From contig NIVC01003589.1 in assembly GCA_002269645.1 (NCBI GenBank), positions 25,357 to 89,356 on the forward strand: a stretch of DNA of 64,000 bases, read 5' to 3'. Origin of the DNA: Macrostomum lignano. Its lineage: Eukaryota. A program made the position numbers and the translations under genes. Every line of letters starts with the position of its first letter. Within the stretch, counting starts at the first letter, position 1. The notes under the pieces are model-generated. The model ran no database searches and was not told where the DNA came from. It was given only the letters and a program-made list of their open reading frames with translations. Below are positions 47,948 to 59,592 of this stretch, piece after piece.

Positions 47948-49165
47948 TTAGTGTTTTACCCAAGAGCTATACATTCCATTTAGATAGCTACTGTGTGATA
48001 CATCGTTTCTCTCTAATGCTTGAAGTCTTTCTTTAATTCTATCATGCAACGCTGTTGACTGGTTCATGAACTCTTCTAAATTCCTCACTTTAACTGTGTT
48101 TGTGAAAAATTCTTTTTCAAGAATGCGCATCTGTCTAGCAGTAGAATTTCTCAGAAGATTAATTGTCAATACCAACCCGTTGATTTGCGAGACTGCCGAA
48201 GTTATTTCTGACCTTAGTTCAAACCTGTACATAAAGCTTATCACGTTCAAACTTCTGCCTGGCCACTTTTATGCGGAGATCTTCTATGTTTATCTGTAGC
48301 TGGTGCTTTGATCGCTCTAATTGTTTCAGTCTGTTTTTATTCAGTTTGATCTCTGGGATCTCTTCGGCTTTAATAAAATGTTGTTGCTGTGGTTGTGGTT
48401 GTTGTTGTTGCTGTTGTTGTGGTTGTTCTAGATATTTTATGACTTCCCCCTGATCTTGCAAACCGAACCATACTTTGATGTGCTTGTACTTTTTGAATCT
48501 AGTCAGGTTGACACCGTTATCATACATAAGTCTCAGGACTTCTGGGGCCTTTAGTATTTCTATATCTCTACCAAGAGCAAAAGTCACTAGATCTCTATAG
48601 TTCTTTAGCTGTTTGTCCGAGATTCTCTCTTGGTTCTTGGTCATAAAATTCAGTAAGGTTTCTGTGAAAAAATGCTCTTAGTTTCCGAGCCTTTGAAAAC
48701 AGAAATATTTTCCTTATTTATGTCGATATAATATTCCACTGGTTCATTATAAATATTTTTTCTCCACATACTTATTCCAAATACATATTTCCCATCATGT
48801 TCTACACGCTCTACTGGTCCAAAAATGTTATCTGTCACTTTTAGTTGCTGTTGTTGTGGTTGTGATTGTTGTGGTTGCGGCTGTTTCTGTGGTTGCGGCT
48901 GTTGTGGTTGCGGTTGTATCTGTGGTGCTTCTGGAATTTTGCCCAAAACCTTTTGCACCTGGGTTTCCTGTATGTCGTCGATAGTTTCTTTGACCTGATC
49001 AATATTTTTCTTAGCTTCTCCATACCCGGGCTTATGAAACTCTGTGGCTGCTTGGACAAACTCATTGTAGGATTGTTGCTCCTTATTTATTAGCCCGGTA
49101 ACTCGTTTCTCTGCTTGTGCTAGCTTCTCCAATTCAGATATCTGCTGTGTACTTTTTCGCTTCAT
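47948..49165 (-). pseudogene. Coiled-coil and Q/P-rich Polinton ORFs (48650-49165, 48219-48644, 47948-48250)
   Basis: 48219-48370 matches copy A 9480-9585; the upstream ORFs are absent from copy A. Confidence 0.55.
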
Positions 49166-49195
49166 TTCTTATTTTATTTTATTTTTAGTTAAAAA

Positions 49196-49265
49196 ATGAA
49201 CGACCCACTGACACCAGTTTTCTACAAAATGAACAAGCCTATTTTGAGTGATGATAGTGTAGTGA
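49196..49265 (+). pseudogene. Possible stub of the major capsid N-terminus
   Basis: MNDPLTPVFYKMNKPILSDDSVV after an AT-rich leader, divergent from the minus-strand block where MCP is expected. Confidence 0.35.
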
Positions 49266-49511
49266 CTGGCTGCTATCTGGTTATTCAGCAGCATTCACTA
49301 GCTTTCCCTAAGGGCGCTGTGATCCGCTGCACAGTAGCTCAGTCCACCTGATCTAGTGAGAGAGATACCCTGTGCTGGGCCTAAGTGTTTACTGCCCGAT
49401 GACTCATCGCCTGAGCAGGCGTGGGCAGCCACACTCAATGTCTTCCCACTCGCGCTGAGAGGCGTAGCAGGATGACTCATCACCTGCGCGGAGTGTAATG
49501 GCTGCCCAGAG

Positions 49512-50669
49512 AGTAGAAGGCATGAGGGGGCTTCTGGGACAAAATTTTTCACCTCCTCCATAATCCACCTAAATCCATCCATATTATCCCTGACAGAATC
49601 AGAAAAAAAGGGGGGTCGCACTCGCTAACAAAACGTCCTCCATAATCCACCTAAATCCTTCCATATTATCCCTGACAGAATAAGAAAAAAAAGGGGGTCG
49701 CACCCGCTAACAAAACGTCCTCCATAATCCCATTAAATCCATCCATATTATCCCCGAAAGAATCATGAAAAAGGGGAGGGGCCGCACTTGCTCCGAAAAC
49801 TTTAATCCCATTAAATCCATCCATATTATGACTGACAGAATATGGGAATATGGGTCCACTGATACCTGTTATGCTCACTGACACAGACATAATCCACTGA
49901 CATCCATCCATAGCATCTTCGAAACAATCAGAAAAAAATATGCATTCTTCTCCCCACATTCAATTCGCAACATGAAACCAGATCCCTAAAACTTTAAACC
50001 CCCTAACCCAGGGTCCTTACCCTTTGAAAAAAAAATTAAATTTTCTCTAAAAATGTTTCCAGTTGTCTCTCCAGGTTCTTATTACAAAGCGCACGAGCCT
50101 AATTACAAGAGTAAGTACCGATGCAAACTAGAATGCAGCGAGTACATGAGAAAATATTGGCCCGACGTTGATATCAATGTCCCTAATATTAATCTAGCTC
50201 TCCAAAGACACTGGTTTCATAAGTATGGAGTAACCTACGTAAAAGATTACGACAGCTACTGTGACGTAGCGAGTTCGAGATGTAGTCAGCGATTAATTAA
50301 TTATTAGTTGTTTATTTATTAGTTATTTATTTATTGGTTAGCTAGTTCAGTTATTAGTAGTGTTGACACGCATGGTACGAGACAAAATGCCGAGTTGAGG
50401 AGAGTACAAAAAACGAGCGCGAGGTAACAATTTAAATTGTCAAGATGTCTATCAAAAAAGTAATAACAACTTGGACTGAAATAAATAAAACTTCAAGTAC
50501 ATTTTTTTCTAAATAAATTACATTGAATTAATAGCTGGGAAACCTGCAAATTAATCAACTACAATAATTTGAAGTAATAAAAACTCAGATAGAAACTAAA
50601 AATTTAAGATGCTAACGACATCGTCACAGCTACTATAACTTTGCAGAAATAATTAGGCAATTGCGTTAG
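49512..50669. repeat. Left TIR of copy E including the 80-aa ORF (50053-50669) split by a solo LTR
   Basis: Tandem subrepeats; ORF resumes YNFAEIIRQL after 50633. Confidence 0.87.
50260..50628. mobile_element. Solo LTR (369 bp)
   Basis: TGTGACG...CGTCACA termini; 5-bp TSD GCTAC (50255-50259, 50629-50633). Confidence 0.85.
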
Positions 50670-50691
50670 GCGTGTGAAAGTACTAACATTT

Positions 50692-51080
50692 AAAAATGGC
50701 CCCACTGGTAGCCATTCTAAGCGTTCTCATTGGTTGATAAGATTATACTAAAGAGAGAGTGGAAATGACTTGTTACTAAAAATAACTCAAGACAGATATT
50801 GCGATCGTGTCAATTTAAAATTGGCTGGCCCCACTGGTAGCCATTCTAAGCGTTCTCATTGGTTGATAAGATTATACTAAAGAGAGAGTGGAAATGACTT
50901 GTTACTAAAAATAACTCAAGACTGCTAATACGGTCGTATTTAAAATTGGCTGGCCCCACTGGTAGCCATTCTAAGCGTTCTCATTGGTTGATAAGATTAT
51001 ACTAAAGAGAGAGTGGAAATGACTTGTTACTAAAAATAACTCAAGACTGATATTGCGATCGTCTCAATTTAAAATTGGCT
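50692..51080. repeat. Three tandem ~125-128-bp repeats
   Basis: GGCCCCACTGGTAGCCATTCTAAGCG...AATAACTCAAGAC units start near 50692, 50816, 50941. Confidence 0.92.
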
Positions 51081-51099
51081 AAGTCATAACCCGTAACCG

Positions 51100-51738
51100 T
51101 CACTGTCTCCACATCGCCGCATCCGCCTGGTAGCGAACCTCGTCCCGAATGAGCTTCATATTTTCCAGAACGAAGCTAACTGGTACGGCGCAGCGTTGTA
51201 AGGCCGGAAATTCTGTCAATAAGTCGTACACTCTCAACTTCTTGTCCAAAGTCTGCCTCGATACTTGTAGATTAAGCCGTCGAATTATATTCCGAACCGA
51301 CTTTAGTGTACGTTTGAGCCGGTGAATGATGGAGCCGATGTAAAATGACACAATTAATGTGCGCTTATCATAAAAATTCTCATGCTGAAATAATTCCACC
51401 AGCATGTTCTGTACAGTGGGTAGAACAGTGGGTAGATGACGAAAGTTCAACGCGTGCATACTTTCCTCGATAACTGATAGCTCCCTTGTTGGCGCTTGAA
51501 CTTCGACTCCATACGAAGCACGAAGGCGCTGGAAAACAGCAGCTACTCGTGCTTCGTAGGTGGAAATATCGCGTTGGGTTTGTCCTTCCATGCGAGCCAA
51601 ATCGTGCTGTATTTCCTCTTCTTTGAAATTTTCAAACAATTGTTGGAGTCCATCTCTCTGCTCTAAAGGTGTTAAATTAATCAAATCGTTCACAAATGCG
51701 TTAAGTCGAGCGGTTCTAACTGTAATTCTTTCAGCCAT
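51100..51738 (-). CDS. Variable-slot protein, copy E allele (212 aa, intact)
   Basis: Open frame; FYIGSIIHRLK...YDLLTEFPALQRCAV. Confidence 0.72.
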   Translation of the reverse strand: MAERITVRTARLNAFVNDLINLTPLEQRDGLQQLFENFKEEEIQHDLARMEGQTQRDISTYEARVAAVFQRLRASYGVEVQAPTRELSVIEESMHALNFRHLPTVLPTVQNMLVELFQHENFYDKRTLIVSFYIGSIIHRLKRTLKSVRNIIRRLNLQVSRQTLDKKLRVYDLLTEFPALQRCAVPVSFVLENMKLIRDEVRYQADAAMWRQ

Positions 51739-52429
51739 TGCGTTTTCTAATAGGAATTGAGTGAAGAGGGCTGGCTGGCTTCCGCCTATACTTAAAAACC
51801 GTCATGTAGGGTTTGAGGTGGTAGTGGTTGCTGCGCCGCGCCAATATTTTGGCAATTGGAAAGGAAAGCCGTCTCCACACTAGGTAGTCTTTCGTGCTAT
51901 GAACTGACTGGTTGATTGGGGTTGCCAAAGCGGAAAGGAAAGCATGCGTGGAAGTTGTACATTCGCAAAATCGATTAAAAGGCTACGCTCCTTAAGCAAA
52001 TAGCAGTCGATCAACCACATAACCTCTCTCTGCTTCTCAACTTTTCAAATGCAGCTGTTGCGTTCGGCCAGGGCTGAGAATAATAGTTAAACCCTTCCCG
52101 ACTCAAACGCCTCTCTCTACTCCCCCATATCTTCATACCGTAGAGACCAACTAGGCGGGCCACATTCCGAGGCCAAATCGGCGGGCCGAGGCCAACTCGG
52201 CGGGCCAACTGGCCTCGCAATTTGGCCAATAATCAATATCAATCAAACATACACAGTCCATGCATGCTAATGGCGGCGAAGCGGTTGACTTTTTATTTTC
52301 TGCTCTTAGCTCTCTGGAGAATGAGAATCTCTCTTGTGCGCAACTCTTTAGGGAATAAAAAACTGTACTTACTCAAATCCACACTTGCTCATGCCCTTCC
52401 CGATTCAAGCGCCCCTTTCTACCCCCAGC

Positions 52430-52904
52430 TCTTTCAGCAGTCTTCCTAGTACCTTGTGAGGTGCGCACAAAATAAACCCGGCTCCCGTGCGTTCGCCCTC
52501 TCTCCCCGTGCACTCGCCCTCTCTCCCCAAACACCCGCCCTCGGCGTACACCCCCAACCCCAGTTTTGTCTTACTAAAAATAACAGCTTTAACTAGCTTC
52601 CGAGCGATCGACTCCTTCCACCCGCTTGAAGCCCTATATTGTCTAGTCTCTTAAGCATTTCTTTGTCCCAGCGATTCTTCTCCTCAGGAAAATCTCTATA
52701 TTTAACATCGTGCCACATGCAGACAGAGTCTAGCTCGTTCACAGGCTCATGCCCAGGATGTGGATTATTGTTTTTATCTAGCTGTATTTCAAGTGGATTC
52801 AAAGGCCCGCAATATTTATAGCCGGGAAGTGTCCAGCCTTTGTTCGGATGAGGAAGCTTTTCTATCAGTCCATGTGAATCTAACTTACCACCAGAGCGCT
52901 GCAT
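52430..52904 (-). pseudogene. PLA2X-like gene, copy E, frameshift near 52620
   Basis: GYKYCGP, WHDVKY. Confidence 0.87.
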
Positions 52905-52934
52905 TATTTTATTTAAAATTTTCTTTTTAAATAA

Positions 52935-53972
52935 ATGACAGATCAGAAACTTAAAAAACTCTACTACAGCGACAAAGGATTCTTTGTAGGCAAAAATGCC
53001 GTTAGTAAACTCATGGAGCTGAGTAAGGAACCAAAAGCTACAGTAGAAAAATGGCTCTCTAAGCAGGCTGTCTTTCAAGTCTATTTCCCACCAGTAAAAT
53101 TTGAAAGGCCCCATTTCAGTATTTATAAACCTAATGAAGCGCACCAAGCAGATCTTTTGTTTCTCCCCAATGACTCAGGCTACAAGTATGCTCTTACAAT
53201 TATTGACATTGCTTCCAGATATAAGGAAGCTCGCCCACTCAAGACGAAGAAGTCAGAGGTTGTTGCCAGCGCACTGCAAGATATTTATAAAAACTCTCCG
53301 CTCACATACCCCCAAATCTTTATGACCGACCCGGGTAAGGAATTCATGGGTGTAGTGAAATCCCTTATGGAAAAGAAAAACACAGAGATTCGCTATGGCA
53401 GAACAAACTTGCACAGAGACCAGGCTTTTGTGGAAAGATTCAATCTAACTCTAGCCAAGAGACTATTCACTAAGCAGACAGCGCAAGAACTCAAACTGAG
53501 TGCGGGGCAGTACTATACCAAGTGGACAGAAAGACTCCCCACTGTTATAGAGCAACTGAACAATGAAGTCACACGCATGACTGGATTGAAACCATCCCAT
53601 GCAATTAAACAAGACACTGTCGAACTTAAGGCATCTCATAGAACAGACAACAACACGACAACCCCACACAACACACACAACACAAAACACACCTCGAACT
53701 ACCCTAAGCTTCCAGGAGTTGAATCACCATACATACTGACAAACTCTGAGTTTCTACGCTTTTTATATCTACCTGGAGAGCTAGAGAATGACACCAAAAG
53801 AAGAGCTACAGATCCATACTTCAGCCTTGATGTGCATAAAATAGACAGACATTTTACCTCCGACTCCGGTGACTATTACTTTTTATCTCAAGCCTTTAAC
53901 CCTAAATCCCCCACGCGGTCATTCACTAGAGCTGAACTCCTAGTGATACCAGCTGACACAGAAATTAATTAA
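52935..53972 (+). CDS. INT: Retroviral-type integrase, 345 aa, intact
   Basis: DDE core: HQADL (D), TDPGKEF (D), FVERFN (E). Confidence 0.95.
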   Translation: MTDQKLKKLYYSDKGFFVGKNAVSKLMELSKEPKATVEKWLSKQAVFQVYFPPVKFERPHFSIYKPNEAHQADLLFLPNDSGYKYALTIIDIASRYKEARPLKTKKSEVVASALQDIYKNSPLTYPQIFMTDPGKEFMGVVKSLMEKKNTEIRYGRTNLHRDQAFVERFNLTLAKRLFTKQTAQELKLSAGQYYTKWTERLPTVIEQLNNEVTRMTGLKPSHAIKQDTVELKASHRTDNNTTTPHNTHNTKHTSNYPKLPGVESPYILTNSEFLRFLYLPGELENDTKRRATDPYFSLDVHKIDRHFTSDSGDYYFLSQAFNPKSPTRSFTRAELLVIPADTEIN

Positions 53973-53988
53973 AATAATAAAATATTAA

Positions 53989-54434
53989 ATGACAAAGATT
54001 GAAACTAGAACCCTCAATAAACTCAATAATATCATTGAATCAAAGAAACCAGGTATTATATCAATTAAAGGTGTCAAAGTAAAAATCGATCCCACGCAGC
54101 AAATAGTTCAGTGTAATGAACAAGGACACAGCATCACAGATGAAAAGTCAGGAGGAATCCTACCATTAGCAGCTCTTATTCCGATCATTGCAGGCGCTGT
54201 AAGTGCCGCAGGTGGTGTAGCTGGAGGTGTAGCAACTGCTGTTAAAGCTGGGAATGATAGAGCCCACCAGCTGGAATTGCAAAAGATTGCAAGAGACAAA
54301 GGTATAACAATTAAGGCAGGAGAGGGCTGCCCGATCGTGATGATTGTGAGAATGAAAATTCTATAAGCAAGTCTGACATTGTCAAAGCCATCATGACACT
54401 GCACAATGCTGGGTTTACAATAATGCGGATGTGA
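53989..54434 (+). pseudogene. pX-like gene, copy E, frameshift near 54330
   Basis: SGGILPLAALIPIIAG. Confidence 0.7.
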
Positions 54435-54557
54435 TGAGGTTTAAAACCCCACTTTATCCAGCTTCATAAACCTAATACTACTTATAGGATGTAGAAACAG
54501 TTCAACTTTTCTATCAGGGTGGTCACCCTCAAAATTTTTTTTATATTTTCGAGAAAA

Positions 54558-56910
54558 ATGCCAAAAGCTAATCCAGCAAGAGATTTAGTCAACAAATATT
54601 TTTCAAAAGGCGTCTCATTTCAAGACAAAAGTAATTCACTAAGAGAAGCATGCAAACAAAAGTTCAACACCGACCCTGGTCACCTGGGAAGCTATGAAAA
54701 ACAGTTGGAAATCATCAATCAATTAGAATCAAACCAGTATGCGCCTATACAAAATCCTGCAAAGGAACACCAAGAGAGGAGTCGCAACTTAGTTAACAAA
54801 TATGAAACTCTCACTGGTGAAAAAGCAAAGTACCCACAAAATAAGCAGGAACAAGAGAAATTAGAGCAATTAATCCATTTAAAAGAGTCGGAGCTTGCCA
54901 CTGAAGAGATTAATTTTGCACAGACGAAGTTTACAGAACATTACATAGAGTACACAATCCCAATTAACGGCACCAACGGTACCACCGCAAACATCTACGA
55001 CTATAAAGACAGCATCCAATCAGTTGTTGATCACACACTCAAAACACGCAAGACCTTTAAACTACAGATATCATTCAAGATTGCGTTTTATATGCCTGCA
55101 AAACCCACTGAGCATCTCGAGTATTACATGACAACAAAGGCAAAGCCATTCACCCCAACAGACACACTGGATCCTTTCCTTCAAGATGTCAATAAGAAAA
55201 TTGAAGCGTTTACATCCAGAGGTTCCGGATGGGTCGTGGGAGGGATTCAAAGAGCGACTGTCAGGGTCATGAAATATGACCCACTTAAAGCCTCCTCTTA
55301 TATAGAGCTCCCGCATAAGCTAGCCGGTAAAAAAGCTTGCATAAATGTTAAAAATAAAGACAATTGCTGTGCTCTATGGGCAGTTCTTTCTGCACTTTTT
55401 AGTGTCCCTTTACCACCCCGAAAGAACCTCAAATTATCAAAATTATTTTAACTACTATCTCATTGAATGCGAAAAGAAGGGAATCAGGTTTGACAAAGGA
55501 GGCTTGGCAATCTCTCAGATCCCAAAGCTAGAAGAAGTGTTTAATAACAAAATTAGAATCACAGTCTTTGAGTGGAGTGAGAAAACTGAGAAAGTTCAAC
55601 CGGTCAGATGTAGCAAAGACGTTTTAGATCCCGAGGGGAAAAGGCGGACTGAAGTGGATCTTCTAGTGATTGGTAATTTACTAGAGGAGGCTCACTATGT
55701 TTGGATTAAAGATCTTTCAAGACTCATACACAAGCAGTTGAATAATCATCACGAGGCTGTTGCCATCTGCCGCTTGTGCCTTAAGCATTACAGTGGACCT
55801 GAACGCTTTGAAAAACTAGCAGAGCATGAATTATCATGCGAGGATCACCCGACAAACTGCTCTCTTCCTTCAGCTGAAGAGAAGTATCTCCGGTTTAAGA
55901 ACTATCACAAGATGGAGAAGCTCCCATTTGTTGTATATGCTGATTTCGAATGCTCAATCGTGCCAGAAACTCAAAAACAAACTCCAACTCAAAAACAAAC
56001 TCCAACTCAAAAACAAACTCAAACTCAAAAACATATCCCCAATTCAGTAGCATATGCCTTTATTAATACAAAAGGACTTGTTGAGTATAATTATTTCTTT
56101 GGAGAGCAGTGTGTGGAGCAGTTTATTGCCAGAATGTTAGAGTTGCAAAAATTGATTAGCACCCTTCAACCTGTTCCAATAATGATGACTGAGGAGGATG
56201 AAAGCAATTTCCTATCAGCAACTCATTGCCACATCTGCAGGAAACATTTAACTTGCACTAATATTAAAAACCCCACCGTTAGGGACCACTGCCACTTTAC
56301 TGGGAAATTTAGAGGTGCAGCGCATAACACCTGTAATCTAAAGCTAAAATCGAACATTCATGATCTAACGATATTTTGTCACAACGCAAAGAACTATGAC
56401 ATGCATTTAATAGTTGAAAAAATCGGCATGATTCCAGACATACACCTTGATTGCATCGCAGAGAACAAGGAGAAGTTTAAGTGTGTTGATATTAAACAGG
56501 ATAATTCGGGTACAGGTAAAATAAGACTGAAGGATTCATATCAATTTCTAGCTGCCAGTCTAGACGAACTAAGCAAGAATCTAAAAGATGAACAATGTAC
56601 ATATACAAAGATGTTTGCAAGTAAAATTAACAACACTGATGAATCATTTAAACTCCTGAGAACCAAAGGCTTCTACCCCTATGAAAATATTACTGGGTAT
56701 CACGTATTTGAAGAAGGTTTACCACCACAGGAGAAGTTCTTTTCAAAGCTAACAGACTCTGGAATCTCTGACAAAGACTATGAGCACGCGAAGCATGTCT
56801 ATAATTACTTTAATTGTCAAAACTTCTTCCAGTATCACCTGCTTTACCTCTTCACAGATGTGTTTCTGCTGGCTGATGTGTTTGAAACCTTCAGATGCAC
56901 CTGGTACACA
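54558..56910 (+). pseudogene. pPolB: pPolB 5' two-thirds, copy E, one frameshift near 55400, cut by copy F
   Basis: ORFs 54519-55451 and 55345-57183; PolB stops at TWYT then AGTAGAAGG. Confidence 0.94.
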
Positions 56911-57599
56911 AGTAGAAGGCATGAGGGGGCTTCTGGGACAAAATTTTTCACCTCCTCCATAATCCACCTAAATCCATCCATATTATCCCTGACAGAATCA
57001 GAAAAAAAGGGGGGTCGCACTCGCTCACAAAACGTCCTCCATAATCCCATTAAATCCATCCATATTATCCCCGACAGAATCATGAAAAAGTGGAGGGGTC
57101 GCACTTGCTCCGAAAACTTCGAACATAATCGTATTAAATCCATCCATATTATCCCTGACAGAATCAGAGCAGGTGTCCACTAACACCTGTTATGTTCACT
57201 GACACTGACATAATCCACTAACATCTTCGAAACAATAAGAAAATAATCTGAATTCTTCTCCCCACATTCAATTTGCAACGTGCTACCAGATCCCTAAGAC
57301 TTTAAATTATCAGCGCAGGGTCCTTACCCTTTGAAAAAAAATAATAAATTCTCAATAAAATGTTTCCAGTTGTCTCTCCAGGTTCTTATTATACTCAGCC
57401 TAATCCATTGTACAAATCCAAGTACCAATGCAAACTAGAATGCAGCGAGTACATGAGAAAATATTGGCCCGATGTTGATATCAATGCCCCTAATATTAAT
57501 CTAGCTCTTCAAAGACACTGGTTTCATAAGTACGGAGTAACATATGTAAAAGATTACGACAGCTATTATAACTTTGCAGAAATCATTAGACAATTGTAG
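56911..57599. repeat. Left TIR of copy F
   Basis: Inverted homology to 12523-13463. Confidence 0.88.
57360..57599 (+). CDS. TIR 80-aa ORF, copy F
   Basis: MFPVVSPGSYYTQPNPLYKSKYQC...YNFAEIIRQL. Confidence 0.75.
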   Translation: MFPVVSPGSYYTQPNPLYKSKYQCKLECSEYMRKYWPDVDINAPNINLALQRHWFHKYGVTYVKDYDSYYNFAEIIRQL

Positions 57600-58148
57600 A
57601 ATGTCGTTACGATACGCTTTAAGACTTTAAGACTGCAATAATAGATATTTTTACGCATGGTATTTTGCTGTGTGGCGGGTGGGTGATAGCGGAATGGGTA
57701 TGGCAGCTGTTTCTGGTCATAGCGCGAGCGGCGTGTGCAGCATAGAGAAAAAAGCTTTTGCCCAGCTCAACCCTAACTAGCTCAGAAGATCCCTTGCCTA
57801 GCTTCAGAAACGCCCATTTAGTTCCTTGTTTAAACCCCCAGCCTTTTCAACCCCCAGCTCTTTCAGCAGTCTTCCTAGATCTTTCCCAGGCAACCCCAAT
57901 CAACCATTAATAGAAAATACTGGCTATAAGTAGAAAATCTGCGGGTTTCCCTTCTAGAATTCGAATTCTAGAAAATTCTAGAACAAAAAGAGAATCCGTG
58001 GATTCCCGAGCCCACACCAATGGTATATATACAGCCGATTCACACCGCCCCTCGCCTCACCCTGCCTGCCCCGCCTCGCCTCACCCCGCCTCAACTCGCT
58101 GAGCCAGCAACTTCTTATTTTTGACTAGCTTAATCTCTGGATCTTGCC

Positions 58149-58772
58149 ATGGATGAAGAAATGCAAGCAGGCAACAACGTTTACATCCAAAATCTGGAGA
58201 ACTTCATCAAGGCGGTTTTTTCTAGTAAAGATCTCGACAACTGGAATCTTTGGGCCGATAAATACAATGCAATTGCTCGGTCACCAATCGTGAAGCCAAC
58301 TATCAATGGACGGCTAGCGAAAACTACCGACAAGCAATTACAAATCGGCAAGGCTCTGGACGAGTTGCGCACGGCCTATAAAACCAACAGTGAGCCTGTG
58401 CCAGTGCATTCTCTAGAAGAATTTATGCAGGGAACATTTACGATCGACGCAGTGCTTGTACAGATTGCCAACCTTCATAAGCTAGTTGAACGGTATGGTA
58501 AGCATGGCTTTGCAAACGGCCTACAGCTCGGCAGGATCTCTCTGAGAATGGAGCGGGTTCTCAGTAAGGAACAGTTCAACGAGCTGAAAAGACGTGCACC
58601 GTTCACCAGCCAGTGGACCAACTTTCTGATGAAATTGGCTGACCAAGCTGAGAAATATCCGGTGCTACAAAGATCTGCAATGTCCCTGCACAAGCTGAAG
58701 TCGATGATTGCATACTTGCCAGAGGCCCTTGCGATGCTGCAACAGGAAGTGGACGAAGGCTTGTTGTTTTAA
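58149..58772 (+). CDS. Variable-slot protein, copy F allele (207 aa, intact)
   Basis: GCCATGG start context, TATATATA at ~58024; LQLGRISLRME...AEKYPVLQRSAM. Confidence 0.75.
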   Translation: MDEEMQAGNNVYIQNLENFIKAVFSSKDLDNWNLWADKYNAIARSPIVKPTINGRLAKTTDKQLQIGKALDELRTAYKTNSEPVPVHSLEEFMQGTFTIDAVLVQIANLHKLVERYGKHGFANGLQLGRISLRMERVLSKEQFNELKRRAPFTSQWTNFLMKLADQAEKYPVLQRSAMSLHKLKSMIAYLPEALAMLQQEVDEGLLF

Positions 58773-58862
58773 CTTTTAAATTACCTATCTATTGTTTATT
58801 TAGCAACTCATGAAGCTACAATAATAGCAAGTTATCCTTGGATAGTTACTAATGTTGACACC

Positions 58863-59592
58863 AACCTCAAATTTTGAAACCACTGGTTTCATTTTCTGAG
58901 GTGGGTGTTTGATTAAAATAGCAAATTTGCTTGAGACAGTGTAGACAAATGTTTCTGCTGGAAGCAGTGCAGAACTCAGATCACCCACCTCAAAATTTGA
59001 AACCAACGGTTTCATTTTCTGAGGTGGGTGTTTGACTAGGAGAGCGTAGAAGAAAACGGAGGGATCACCCAGAAGGTTGTACCTTGTAGAGTGTAGACGT
59101 AAGTTCTAAAAATAAAACCCATACAATGTGTTGGGAGAGCGTAGAAGAGATCACCCACCTCAAAATTTGAAACCAGTGGTTTCATTTTCTGAGGTGGCTG
59201 TTTGACTAAGCTCGGGAGAGCGTAGAGCTAGTTGCGGAGGCTAGAGAAGCAGTGCAGAACTCAGATCACCCACCTCAAAATTTGAAACCAGCGGTTTCAT
59301 TTTCTGAGGTGGCGCGGCGCCCCTGTGCAAAGAGAGCCCAGTGCTCTGGCCCGGACTGCTGGGGAAGGGAAAGGGAGAGGAGCTCAAGGGGAAGGAGATT
59401 TCAGTACAACGGGAGACTCAAAATTCCCAGGCGCCCCTCTACCCCCCAGCGCGAGATCGCTAGTGTTATGTTTGACTACAAATAGAATGAGCTCGGGAGA
59501 GCGTAGAGCTAGTTGCGGAGGCTAGAGAAGCAGTGCAGAACTCAGATCACCCACTCAAAATTTGAAACCAGCGGTTTCATTTTCTGAGGTGG
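58863..59592. repeat. Five copies of the 41-bp hairpin repeat with modular spacers
   Basis: Copies near 58863, 58986, 59156, 59271, 59551; loops ACT, AAC, AGT, AGC, AGC. Confidence 0.92.

Larger units (their letters stand above)
38227..49270 (+). mobile_element. Polinton family 1, copy D (internally deleted, right part missing)
   Basis: Starts AGTAGAATGCATGAGG; TIR, PLA2, INT, pX, PolB, PRO, gasderminX-like follow. Confidence 0.88.
49512..56910 (+). mobile_element. Polinton family 1, copy E, cut in PolB by copy F
   Basis: Starts AGTAGAAGGCATGAGG; intact integrase. Confidence 0.9.

Noticed and set aside
48350-48920. Poly-Q/P tracts as a host transcription factor
   Set aside because: Embedded in, and fused to, Polinton coiled-coil sequence shared with copy A.
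58863-59592. CRISPR array (palindromic repeats with spacers)
   Set aside because: Spacers vary from about 58 to 230 bp and reuse the same modules; no cas genes; eukaryotic context.
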